The translations under genes and the position numbers were made by a program. Positions 49,849-59,055 of a DNA stretch of 64,000 bases are shown here, in pieces. Position 1 is the first letter of the stretch, and each line of letters starts with the position of its first letter. Below the pieces are notes generated by a model. That model saw nothing but the letters and a program-made list of their open reading frames with translations. It was not told the origin of the DNA and searched no databases. This stretch comes from an uncultured bacterium (lineage in GTDB: Bacteria; Hydrothermota; Tepidihabitantia; SM23-42), in assembly GCA_964419565.1 (NCBI GenBank), contig CAYQPW010000008.1, positions 28,284 to 92,283 on the forward strand, read 5' to 3'.

Positions 49849-50167
49849 CAAAGAAGGTGCGGGGGGAAAGTGCCACAGAAAATATACCTCCAGCTACATT
49901 AGTGGTTGGTAAGGGTGAAATGGCGAGGTAAGAGCTCACCGCTTTAGTGGCGACACTAAAGGCACGGTAAACCCCATCTGAAGCAAAACCAAATAAGCCC
50001 CGTATGAAATGGCCCGTTTCTACTGCTTTGCAGTGACGGGGTGGGTAGGTTGCACAGAGCATAGTAGTGATACTATGCCAAGACAAATGGCTATCCTTGA
50101 CAGAACCCGGCTTATAGGTCACCCCGCTTGTTGGTTTATTCGGTAATTCCCGAAGAAATACGGAGGT

Positions 50168-51862
50168 ATGTTGACTGAGTGGGTGCCTAAGAATGAAGCT
50201 ATCGAGGCGAGTGATATAGAAATTCGCCATAAAAAGATCCCCAAACTCATTGTTCAAATTTTAAAAACGCGGGGTTATGATACACCCGAGAAAATAGAGA
50301 AATATTTTGCGCCGTCTTTGTCTGAATTACACGATCCGTTTTTATTGAGCGGTATGAAAAAAGCAGTGGAAAGGATAAAAAAAGCAATTGACCATAAAGA
50401 GAAAATATTAGTCCACGGCGATTATGACACTGATGGTATTACCGGTTCGGCACTCATAATCGAGAACCTGAGAAGATTCGGGCTCGAGGTTGAATATTAT
50501 ATCCCGAACCGGCTCATTGAAGGTTATGGACTTTCATCCGATGGGGTAAAGTATGCGATAGAAAAGAAATGTACCTTGGTAATTACGGTTGATTGTGGTA
50601 TTACCGCGATCCAGGAGATCCAGGAGGCAAAAGACAAAAATATCGATGTAATAATCTGTGATCACCATAAACCCCATTTAGAAATCCCTGATGCATATGC
50701 CATTCTCAATCCAAAATTACCCAGTGATAAATATCCTTTCAAAGAATTAGCCGGGATCGGCGTCGCCTTTAAAATGATACAGGGTCTATTAATGGATCTG
50801 GAACAACCGATTGAACGATCATACGATGACCTGGACCTTGTCGCTCTTGGCAGTGTTGTCGATGTCGTACCCCTGATCGACGAAAACCGCGTGCTCGTCA
50901 AGTACGGTATGAAAAAGATCGGTAAAAGCAAGAAAGTCGGTTTACAAGCGATGCTAAAACAAGTCGGTCTAAGGGGTGATATAACCGCATACCATCTCGG
51001 ATTTATAATAGGGCCAAGGATCAATGCATGCGGCCGGCTGCGTCATGCAGAAGAAGCCCTGGAACTCTTTCTGACCAATGATATGAAAAAGGCGACTGAG
51101 CTTGTGGGGAATCTTTCAGCTGACAATCAAGAGAGACGATCGATCGAGGGGAAAATTTATCGGGAAGCCAGGTCGATGATCGAAGAACTTGGCTATGCTA
51201 AAGACCGCATAATTATCGCGCAAAAACAAGGTTGGCATGAGGGTGTCGTCGGGATCGTTGCCTCGACAATAAGCGAGGATTTTTACCGGCCTTCGATCCT
51301 GTTATCTGCTAAAGAGAATGTTTTAAAGGGCTCGGCCCGGTCCATCCCGGGTATCGATATCACCGAAGGACTCAGTGTTTGTCAGGAATATCTTAGTAGA
51401 TACGGCGGTCACAGCCAGGCTGCTGGTTTGGAATTGGAAATCAGTAAAATCACGCAATTGCGTGTTTGTATTAATGAATATGCGCAGAAATTTGACGATA
51501 CGATCTTTACAAAAAAACGTTCTTATGATGCGCAGGTATCGCTCGATCAATTGACTGAAGATGTCGTATATTTCTTGAAGTATTTTGAACCGACCGGTTT
51601 GGCAAATCCTCAACCGGTTTTTTTAGGCAAAAACCTTGAAGTCGTCGGTGTACCGAGAGTAGTTGGCAGCGACCATTTGAAATTCGCGCTAAGGGATAAT
51701 AACAGAGTGCTCGATGCCATCGCTTTTTGCCAGGCTGGTAAGATCCTCGATATCGAGGTCGGGAAAACCCGACTCGATTGTCTTTTTTCAATATCCGAGG
51801 ATTCATTTACCGGCAAGAAAAAAACGACCCTCAAGATCAAAGAAATAAAGGTAAGTATTTGA
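50168..51862 (+). CDS. recJ: Single-stranded-DNA-specific exonuclease RecJ
   Basis: RBS GGAGG; DHH motifs HGDYDTDGITG, DHH(K); DHHA1 domain; 564 aa. Confidence 0.9.
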   Translation: MLTEWVPKNEAIEASDIEIRHKKIPKLIVQILKTRGYDTPEKIEKYFAPSLSELHDPFLLSGMKKAVERIKKAIDHKEKILVHGDYDTDGITGSALIIENLRRFGLEVEYYIPNRLIEGYGLSSDGVKYAIEKKCTLVITVDCGITAIQEIQEAKDKNIDVIICDHHKPHLEIPDAYAILNPKLPSDKYPFKELAGIGVAFKMIQGLLMDLEQPIERSYDDLDLVALGSVVDVVPLIDENRVLVKYGMKKIGKSKKVGLQAMLKQVGLRGDITAYHLGFIIGPRINACGRLRHAEEALELFLTNDMKKATELVGNLSADNQERRSIEGKIYREARSMIEELGYAKDRIIIAQKQGWHEGVVGIVASTISEDFYRPSILLSAKENVLKGSARSIPGIDITEGLSVCQEYLSRYGGHSQAAGLELEISKITQLRVCINEYAQKFDDTIFTKKRSYDAQVSLDQLTEDVVYFLKYFEPTGLANPQPVFLGKNLEVVGVPRVVGSDHLKFALRDNNRVLDAIAFCQAGKILDIEVGKTRLDCLFSISEDSFTGKKKTTLKIKEIKVSI

Positions 51863-51866
51863 TCCA

Positions 51867-52532
51867 ATGAAATTGCAGGGGAATAAAGGAGCGCCTTTTA
51901 TAGAATGGAAGCTTATTGAAGAAGATAATATGAAATTCTTCCAATTCAAATCAGGTAATTGGATCATGAATTATTCAACGATAGGGACAGATGATAGATT
52001 CCTTGAGCATTTTAAACCGTTCCTTCTCAAACAGATCCATTCAGATACAATTATTAATATAGACAATACAGAAAACAGGATCGGAGACGGGTTGATTACG
52101 CACAAGAAAAATCAATTTTTAGGGATCAAGATCGCAGATTGCTTGCCGGTTTTCTTATTTAATGAACAAAAAATGTGTATGATCCACTGTGGCTGGCGCG
52201 GGATCATCAAAAAGATAACACAAAGAGCAAAAATACTCATGGGTGACTACAAATATGTACTCGGCGCATGTATAGGACCATGCTGCTATGAAGTTGGTGA
52301 TGAAATTGCACACCTTTTTAAAGCGCAGTATAAGAATGCAGTGATCAACAGCGATAAGAAATCTTTTATCGATCTTAAAACCGCAGTTATAGAAGATCTT
52401 GGCAAAGACAGACTCATCGGTAACCTTGACCTTTGTACAAAATGCCATCCTGAGTATTTTTATTCATATCGCCGGGGCGATATGAAAAAGCGAAATTATT
52501 CTATCGCTACAGAAGTCAAGAGCAAATATTGA
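51867..52532 (+). CDS. pgeF: YfiH/PgeF (DUF152) purine nucleoside phosphorylase / peptidoglycan editing factor family
   Basis: Conserved QIHS, ADCLPV, HCGWRG, CCYEV motifs. Confidence 0.8.
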   Translation: MKLQGNKGAPFIEWKLIEEDNMKFFQFKSGNWIMNYSTIGTDDRFLEHFKPFLLKQIHSDTIINIDNTENRIGDGLITHKKNQFLGIKIADCLPVFLFNEQKMCMIHCGWRGIIKKITQRAKILMGDYKYVLGACIGPCCYEVGDEIAHLFKAQYKNAVINSDKKSFIDLKTAVIEDLGKDRLIGNLDLCTKCHPEYFYSYRRGDMKKRNYSIATEVKSKY

Positions 52533-52559
52533 CTTGCATGTGAAACCCGATAAAATGGA

Positions 52560-54638
52560 TTGATGTCGAGGTCACTTTTTTTCCTTATTTTTCCTTTAAT
52601 GCTATTGGCACGAGAATGGACTGCGCTCGTTTATATGGCAGCAGATAATGATCTTGCCCAGTGGGCTGATTCAGACCTTGTAGAAATGGAAACAGTCGGT
52701 TCAAGCGATGATTTTTCCATTATCGTCCAGGTCGATAAACCATATATCGGTGCAAAACGGCTTCTTGTCAGTAATGGAACCTCTTATGAACTGCAGAATC
52801 TGGGCATTGTCGATATGTGTGATCAGGAGACCCTCGTCGATTTTCTCGAATGGGGGATGCGTAACTATCCAGCAGAAAAATACTTTGTGATCCTGTGGGA
52901 CCACGGTTCAGGGTGGACATTCATGCCCAAGTACTCTTTTGGAAGCGATTGGTCGAGCGGCAATGAACTTGGGGTTTACAATGGTGATCTGCGCAACGCA
53001 TTGAGATCGCTTTATACTTATACCGAAAAAAGAATCGACCTTTTCGCATTCGATGCGTGTTTGATGCAGCAGATCGAAGTCGCCTTTGAATTAATAGATT
53101 ATGCAGATATTTTCCTTGCTCCCCAATCATTATGTCCGACACAGGGTTTTTGTTATGATAAGATATTTGCCTATCTTGATGCTGATCCAAAAAAAGATGC
53201 AAAGGATATCGCTCAAGCATCAATCCCTTTATTAATGGAAACCTACAGCAATGTGCAGCCGGTCGCCTTTTCCGCGCTTGAACTGACAAAACTCGATGGT
53301 TTCAAGGCTGCTCTTGATAAATTCGCAGATGCGATGATAAACGGAACACCAAATCCGTTATTGATCAATATCCGTGATAATGTCCAGACGATACCGATAC
53401 GAGATCAAGCACCATCACCAGATGATGAATTCATTGATCTGGGAGATTTGACACAAGGATTAGATGCGCTTTATGGCATTAGTGAAACACAGTCGCTCAC
53501 TCAAGCTTATGATCAGGTGATATTAGAATCTGGTTTTTGGGGTGATGATTTTTCCGGTGTCACTGGTCTAACGATCTGGTTTCCACGCGAATACCGACTA
53601 TTCAAACAGCTCGTCGATGAATACAGCGGACTCGATTGGGCATATTCAAGGTGGCGTCAATTTCTCAATTGGTATTACAATGCCGATGATATCAGACCGA
53701 CATCAGTGAGCTGGTTGAACACGAGTAATGTCGGCAATAATAATGATTTTGAGTTATCCTGGGGTACATCACATGATCTTGCTCCAGTCACATATAGTAT
53801 ATTTGAAATATTCTCTGATAGCACGATAGACATTTTACTTGACCCGTGCGAGGATTCAAACCAGTGGAATTTCCAGGGGTTTGTTATCGATTCGAGCAAT
53901 ACATATTCAGGTACCGGATGTTTTTTCTCGGGCAATGCCAGTAATCTGCAAAATTCCATCGAGACCAAGCAAGTAATTTCATTACAGAATATGTCGATCC
54001 TCGATCTTTATCTTTATTATAATACTGAAGATATGACTGATTCTTTGATCATCGAATTTGCCGGGTTTCAGGATATCCATTATGGCTGGTCAAATGGCTG
54101 GCAAAGACGTCGGGTCATACTGCCTTCGGGCAGCGACCGATTGACTATTTCTTACCGGACAAATGGCTCGATCAATCGAGGAGGATGCTATCTTGATGAG
54201 ATCGAGGTCAACGAGATGAAAAATAGTAAGTTGATCCGGGAATTTCTATTAGACACAACCTTGTATATTTTTGGGAAAACAAGAGGGGATTATGGATATG
54301 CGGTTATTGCAAAAGATAGTTATGGCAATACCAACAATTTAAGTGATTTTCTTAACGTATCGATCGAACGCTATGCCACGCCGTATTCAGTCCCAGGACC
54401 GTTTCAAACAAATTGCCAGATTGTCCTGGATTTTCCGGATTCTCTTGCGCCAGTCATTAAGATCTTCTCAATATCTGGAAGATTGGTAAAGAGTTTTGAC
54501 CCAGAGCTGATCGATAATAAACGCATATTTTGGGACGGCAAAGACAAAAGTGGTAAGGATGTCGGGTCTGGGCTTTATTTTGTCTTGGTTCAAGGAGATG
54601 GTTTTAAAAAACTTGGTAAAATAGCGAGGCAAAGATGA
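52560..54638 (+). CDS. Clostripain-like (peptidase C11) cysteine protease with T9SS C-terminal sorting domain
   Basis: Signal peptide; ALVYMAADNDL; catalytic His WDHGSGW and Cys FDACLM; C-terminal CTD ...GSGLYFVLVQGDGFKKLGKIARQR. Confidence 0.8.
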   Translation: MMSRSLFFLIFPLMLLAREWTALVYMAADNDLAQWADSDLVEMETVGSSDDFSIIVQVDKPYIGAKRLLVSNGTSYELQNLGIVDMCDQETLVDFLEWGMRNYPAEKYFVILWDHGSGWTFMPKYSFGSDWSSGNELGVYNGDLRNALRSLYTYTEKRIDLFAFDACLMQQIEVAFELIDYADIFLAPQSLCPTQGFCYDKIFAYLDADPKKDAKDIAQASIPLLMETYSNVQPVAFSALELTKLDGFKAALDKFADAMINGTPNPLLINIRDNVQTIPIRDQAPSPDDEFIDLGDLTQGLDALYGISETQSLTQAYDQVILESGFWGDDFSGVTGLTIWFPREYRLFKQLVDEYSGLDWAYSRWRQFLNWYYNADDIRPTSVSWLNTSNVGNNNDFELSWGTSHDLAPVTYSIFEIFSDSTIDILLDPCEDSNQWNFQGFVIDSSNTYSGTGCFFSGNASNLQNSIETKQVISLQNMSILDLYLYYNTEDMTDSLIIEFAGFQDIHYGWSNGWQRRRVILPSGSDRLTISYRTNGSINRGGCYLDEIEVNEMKNSKLIREFLLDTTLYIFGKTRGDYGYAVIAKDSYGNTNNLSDFLNVSIERYATPYSVPGPFQTNCQIVLDFPDSLAPVIKIFSISGRLVKSFDPELIDNKRIFWDGKDKSGKDVGSGLYFVLVQGDGFKKLGKIARQR

Positions 54639-55522
54639 AAAAGTACAAACCAGTCATTATCGCTCATGGCGGCGCCGGTGGTATTAACCACCCGAATCGG
54701 CGCTTGCAAGGGTTGATCAAAGCATGCAGTATCGGGTATGGTATGTTGATGCAAGGTAGCTCAAGCCTTGATGCGGTCGAGCGCGCAATCATGATACTTG
54801 AAGATATTTCGATCTTCAATGCGGGCAGGGGTTCTTCGTTCAATCTTGAAGGCATCCCTGAAATGGATGCATCGATAATGACGAGTGAAATGAGATTCGG
54901 CGCGGTCGCAGCGATTACCGATGTACAATACCCGATAAAGGTAGCGCGCATGGTTATGGAAAAAACCGACCACCTTGTGCTCGGCGGTAAGCATGCGGTA
55001 CGGTTCGCACGCATCATGGGTATGCCTAAGTTTGATTGTCGGACAAAAGAAAAAAAGCGCATTTGGCAGAGAATGCACAAAAAGCTGCGCAGTGCATATT
55101 TTCAGAAACTCGCCGACCTTGCTGAATACTATGGTACGGTCGGGGTCGTGGCGATCGATAAGAATGGATCGATCACTGCCGGGACATCGAGCGGTGGTAT
55201 TACCATGCGTTTACCCGGACGTATCGGCGATACACCCTCGCCTGGCGCCGGTACTTTTGCCGATAAAAACGGGGGCGTGGGTGCGACCGGACACGGTGAG
55301 GAGATATTACGCCACCTCTTATCATTCCGCGCCGTGCAGCTCATGGCGCGTTACCCAGCACCAACAGCCGGTAAAAAGATGATCGAATATGCTTCAACAC
55401 ATAAATGCCGCTGCGGTCTCATCGGTATCGATAAAAAAGGCCGGATCATGTGCGTGAATAATACCAAGGCGATGTCCTGGTGCTATATCAAGCATGGACG
55501 CATGCACATGTTCAAATACTAG
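54635..55522 (+). CDS. Isoaspartyl peptidase / L-asparaginase (Ntn-hydrolase)
   Basis: IIAHGGAG; autoproteolytic nucleophile region YGTVGVVAID...AGTSSGG; 295 aa. Confidence 0.85.
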   Translation: MKKYKPVIIAHGGAGGINHPNRRLQGLIKACSIGYGMLMQGSSSLDAVERAIMILEDISIFNAGRGSSFNLEGIPEMDASIMTSEMRFGAVAAITDVQYPIKVARMVMEKTDHLVLGGKHAVRFARIMGMPKFDCRTKEKKRIWQRMHKKLRSAYFQKLADLAEYYGTVGVVAIDKNGSITAGTSSGGITMRLPGRIGDTPSPGAGTFADKNGGVGATGHGEEILRHLLSFRAVQLMARYPAPTAGKKMIEYASTHKCRCGLIGIDKKGRIMCVNNTKAMSWCYIKHGRMHMFKY

Positions 55523-55543
55523 CAGCCGTATATTTTTTTGTCA

Positions 55544-55564
55544 TTATCCAGTTCAACTGGATAA
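55544..55564. repeat. Perfect 8-5-8 palindrome TTATCCAG-TTCAA-CTGGATAA (operator-like or weak terminator)
   Basis: Direct reading; lies between the asparaginase stop and the promoter at 55682. Confidence 0.4.
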
Positions 55565-55681
55565 TCCATATTTCTGGAAGTCAATGGGCTCAAATCTTTG
55601 CAATTCACAATTGAGATAATCAGATTCTGAAAAAGAGCTTTTTAGAATGACCCCGACGGATTGTACGGTTTATGCATAGCA

Positions 55682-55709
55682 TTGACAAGTCTGGTGTGTT
55701 TGCTATAAT
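55682..55709 (+). promoter_or_regulatory. Promoter TTGACA-N16-TATAAT with ATG 5 nt downstream (leaderless candidate)
   Basis: TATAAT 55704-55709, ATG 55715. Confidence 0.5.
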
Positions 55710-55714
55710 AACCC

Positions 55715-55912
55715 ATGGCTAAGATCGATAAGGTACTGTGTCCCTTTTGTATGTTTACCTCAAAATATATAGATCTAACGATAACTGATGAAGGTTTTTA
55801 TATATGTCCAAGCTGCAATGCAACTTTTTCTTATGAAGAGCTTATGCAGCTATACAGCTTCACTCAATTTACTTTTGAATTGAAGGACAGCAAATTCAAT
55901 CCAACTATATAA
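55715..55912 (+). CDS. Small zinc-ribbon protein (CPFC...CPSC)
   Basis: 65 aa; two CxxC pairs; own consensus promoter. Confidence 0.5.
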   Translation: MAKIDKVLCPFCMFTSKYIDLTITDEGFYICPSCNATFSYEELMQLYSFTQFTFELKDSKFNPTI

Positions 55913-55932
55913 TAGAAGGTCCAGATTGCAGT

Positions 55933-56904
55933 TTACTTTTCAAAAATTTCTACTACTTCATTGACCGCCGGCATGCGGTTATGTTTATAAAAGAAAATCC
56001 TCTGATAATGCGCGTGGTCGGTCACGTAAAAATCATCGTTGATTAAATCAATAGCAACTGTTTTGTTACTCGCAAAATAGTTGCCGATAATAAATTCCAA
56101 GATGAGAACAACAACCGCAATTGCCAGGGTGATCGGCATTCGCAGAGCCTTAATAGAGAAATCCTTTTTCTGCCGTATCTTCTTTGGCGTTGGTTTTGCA
56201 TAGGCCATGGTAATTTGACCTGTGGACAGAAGACGATACAAGTATGAGTAAGTACGGAACTTGCCCAATCCTGAAATCTCGATCATATCATCGACGCTGC
56301 GATGACCATTGAGCAATGATAAAACACGTTCTTCCTCGGCTGATGGTTTCAATTTAAGTTCCGGACGTTCGACCTTTTTAAAAACGATATCACCAGAGGT
56401 AATAGATTTACTGATCTTGGACCATTCATCAAAACGACGTGCAGCTTCAAGGATCAGACCTTCGGTATTCATGCGTATTCTTATCACACTTTTTGGATAG
56501 ATAATCGAGTTCTGTTCGAATTTAAAAGCGCCGTCGTTCCATGTAAAGATCTCGTCAATGACTTCCTGTATTTTAAATTTTATAAGGCTTTCCACTTGAT
56601 CCCTGGTAACGTACTTGTCTTCCAGGATAATATTCATAATAGGTCTTTTTGTTTCCTGGTGGATTTCTTCGACGAGTTCGTAGACATTCTTACCGATAAT
56701 CCCAGATCTTACCAGATACTTCTCCATCCTTTCTGCTTTCTCACCCTTTTCGTAGAAAGCTCCGGTAACCTGTCCAGTAGAAAAACCGATATCAACTACC
56801 TCATTACGGCGTTTGATCTTTAATACGCCGGTGAGATTCTCCTGCGATATTAGTTGCATAACACTCGACAGATTAAGACTTTTTAGATCACCCTCAATCG
56901 GCAT
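55933..56904 (-). CDS. DUF4388 domain-containing protein
   Basis: N-terminal GDLKSLNLSSVMQLISQENLTGVLKI typical of DUF4388; C-terminal TM. Confidence 0.65.
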   Translation of the reverse strand: MPIEGDLKSLNLSSVMQLISQENLTGVLKIKRRNEVVDIGFSTGQVTGAFYEKGEKAERMEKYLVRSGIIGKNVYELVEEIHQETKRPIMNIILEDKYVTRDQVESLIKFKIQEVIDEIFTWNDGAFKFEQNSIIYPKSVIRIRMNTEGLILEAARRFDEWSKISKSITSGDIVFKKVERPELKLKPSAEEERVLSLLNGHRSVDDMIEISGLGKFRTYSYLYRLLSTGQITMAYAKPTPKKIRQKKDFSIKALRMPITLAIAVVVLILEFIIGNYFASNKTVAIDLINDDFYVTDHAHYQRIFFYKHNRMPAVNEVVEIFEK

Positions 56905-58618
56905 GGTGCTCCCTTATCATAGAAAAAGATATTATATAAGAAATAATTGCGATAATCGCGGCGAAGAGGAAAACAACTGGACCAAGGGGCAGAGTTATCC
57001 AACCGGTTGGTTTTACGAAGATATACGGGGAGAAAAGAGGGATATAACCGATCAGCACCAGGCATACGAGGATCGAACCGACCAGATGTTTTTTAATATA
57101 TATCAAACCTGCACCGGGGATGATGATATTGAGTGCGTAAAGTATGATCTTTTTAATCACTCTTCTTCGTCTGCCAACAGTTCTTCGTAAGGCTTGTTCG
57201 ATTTCATCCTTTTTTGTCGACTTAAATCTTGTAAAACAGTCCTTGCAGATTACCTCTTGATCGATTTCTTGCGAACAGTCTTTGCATATCGGACGCCCAC
57301 AGCTGCTGCAAAAGAAGGGCGGGGATAATTTGAAAGGGATAAAACTCATGATCAGAATAAGAACCAAGGGTATAATATAAGCAGTTTTGACGATGCCATT
57401 GCTTTCCAAATTCTCGGCCATAACATATTTGTAAAGATCATTATTATCCGGTGTTATATCAACAAAATCTTCATAGGGGCTAATAAATCCTCGACGGCGG
57501 GCTTCCTCCATATACCTGGAGGATTCTGAATATTCGATATTTCTCAGCTTCAACAGACCCATATTAAAATATGCTTCCCCCCGGTCTTGTATTAATATCG
57601 CCATGTTATATAACGATTCGGCGAGTGCCGTTTCATCATATGCTGCATAGATGTTAGCCAGATTATTGACGATGGCGATATTCCGGTTGCCGTCATAGAA
57701 AAGGTCTTCATAAAGCTCCATTGCTTCTTCTGTGTTGCCTTCCTGTTTTAAGCCATAGGCTAAGAATTCCCGGTCAATATCATGCATTTCCTGTGCATTG
57801 ATCGCCGTGTCGTATGTTACGAGTTCATATATTTGATAGCTTTGATTATTTTCTTTGAGGAAAACTATGAAATTATTGATAGGCAGAGAAAGTACGAAAA
57901 TTAGCAACAATATAAGGAGATCTAATCTTAACCAGTTTTTTTCCCGTTTTGTCATCACCAGCATGAGGAGAAAAGCATAGCATACAAAAATAAGGTATGG
58001 ATTGCGCAATACTATGATCGGTATTAGAAGCACCAGAATTTTCAGAATATCCGCGAAGCGAAAGTGAAATCGCGGCCAGATCTGGTGGCTCAAAGCCGGT
58101 AAATAGTAAACAATTTTCACGATAACATAGATCACTCCCCAAAGGAATGCTGTGGCAAAGAGCAATATTATCAGATTAGTCATAGTAAAAAGCTGATTTC
58201 TAAAATCAGATAATACCGGAAGAAATAATGCCGTTCGAACGTTGCTTAAGTCACGATGCATGACAGCTAAGGATATGAACGATAAGAAATTCTCAACCGC
58301 CGCCGAATCGAAGTGAGTGGCAAGCTGTAATTTACTGACTTTTGTGTCATAATCAGTTGCTTCTTTGGCTTCCCAACGAAGAACTGCTGACAAGTTAAAA
58401 TTTCTCCTCATATGGAGTTTCTTGAGCAGGGAGTCAGCCTCGGAGTTACCTGAAGTGCTGCGCCAGAACCAGAGTACAACCGGATCATCAGCAAACTCGG
58501 ATATGCTCTGATAGCCACGCGTAAGATTGATAAATACCGAATCGCTTGCCGGTGAATTGACAAAATGCTGATAATTTTTACTGAATTGAGCGACAAAAAG
58601 CAGTAGAAAAATCGACAT
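56894..58618 (-). CDS. Polytopic membrane protein with cytoplasmic TPR-like region and Cys4 zinc-ribbon
   Basis: 574 aa; multiple TM; CSSCGRPICKDCSQE...CKDC. Confidence 0.55.
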   Translation of the reverse strand: MSIFLLLFVAQFSKNYQHFVNSPASDSVFINLTRGYQSISEFADDPVVLWFWRSTSGNSEADSLLKKLHMRRNFNLSAVLRWEAKEATDYDTKVSKLQLATHFDSAAVENFLSFISLAVMHRDLSNVRTALFLPVLSDFRNQLFTMTNLIILLFATAFLWGVIYVIVKIVYYLPALSHQIWPRFHFRFADILKILVLLIPIIVLRNPYLIFVCYAFLLMLVMTKREKNWLRLDLLILLLIFVLSLPINNFIVFLKENNQSYQIYELVTYDTAINAQEMHDIDREFLAYGLKQEGNTEEAMELYEDLFYDGNRNIAIVNNLANIYAAYDETALAESLYNMAILIQDRGEAYFNMGLLKLRNIEYSESSRYMEEARRRGFISPYEDFVDITPDNNDLYKYVMAENLESNGIVKTAYIIPLVLILIMSFIPFKLSPPFFCSSCGRPICKDCSQEIDQEVICKDCFTRFKSTKKDEIEQALRRTVGRRRRVIKKIILYALNIIIPGAGLIYIKKHLVGSILVCLVLIGYIPLFSPYIFVKPTGWITLPLGPVVFLFAAIIAIISYIISFSMIREHHAD

Positions 58619-58721
58619 AATCGGTTATATTATAGGGTATATTTTTGTTCTGTCAATACCATAATTGATCTAAGCCTGAGTTCATCCTGGAGTTGTAAAC
58701 CTCTATATTTCATGGGGAAGC

Positions 58722-58749
58722 TTGACTTCGAAATGTTTTCGGATATAAT
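58722..58749 (+). promoter_or_regulatory. Promoter TTGACT-N16-TATAAT for the oxidoreductase operon
   Basis: TTGACT 58722-27, TATAAT 58744-49, ~85 nt before korD start. Confidence 0.5.
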
Positions 58750-58835
58750 ATATTTATGTGAATCAGCGAAGAATCATTTTTTAAAACTGTGTTTAAAATA
58801 GTAAGTTAGTTCATAGCATTGGAAAGGAGGCTTCA

Positions 58836-59045
58836 ATGCCTGAAGTCAAGATTTTGGAAGAAGTTTGCAAAGGATGCGGCCTATGCTGTGATGATGTATG
58901 TCCTGAGGGCATCCTTATCCTTGCACCTGACCGGATCAACTCAAGTGGTTACCACCCAGCGATGGTTACGGATATGGAAAAATGTAAAGGTTGCGGATTC
59001 TGTTATATGGTGTGTCCAGAACCAGCGATTGAAGTCTACAAATAA
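58836..59045 (+). CDS. korD: 2-oxoacid:ferredoxin oxidoreductase delta subunit (2x[4Fe-4S] ferredoxin)
   Basis: CKGCGLCCDDVCP and CKGCGFCYMVCP motifs; 69 aa. Confidence 0.85.
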   Translation: MPEVKILEEVCKGCGLCCDDVCPEGILILAPDRINSSGYHPAMVTDMEKCKGCGFCYMVCPEPAIEVYK

Positions 59046-59055
59046 GGGGAGTGAC

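Larger units (their letters stand above)
49205..50128 (+). ncRNA. rnpB: RNase P RNA (type A bacterial) interrupted by two ORF-bearing insertions in expanded P3 and P9-like hairpins
   Basis: P1 GTGGGGTGAC(49205-14)/GTCACCCCGC(50118-27); P2 GGATAGCC(49216-23)/GGCTATCC(50089-96); P4 GGAAAGTCCGGGC(49526-38)/ACAGAACCCGGCTTAT(50100-15); GTGCCACAGAAAATATACC(49870-88); GGTAAGGGTGAAA..GGTAAGAGC(49908-35); ACGGTAAACCCCATCTGAAGCAAAACCAAATAAG(49964-97) vs E. coli ACGGUAAACUCCACCCGGAGCAAGGCCAAAUAGG. Confidence 0.8.

Noticed and set aside
49829-50257. 142-aa minus-strand ORF
   Set aside because: Lies antisense across the conserved 3' half of RNase P RNA and the recJ start; no RBS or homology; an artefact of the GC-richer structured RNA.
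58819-59055. 79-aa N-terminal extension of the korA ORF
   Set aside because: Overlaps, in another frame, the well-supported korD ferredoxin gene; the true start is the ATG at 59056 with its own RBS.
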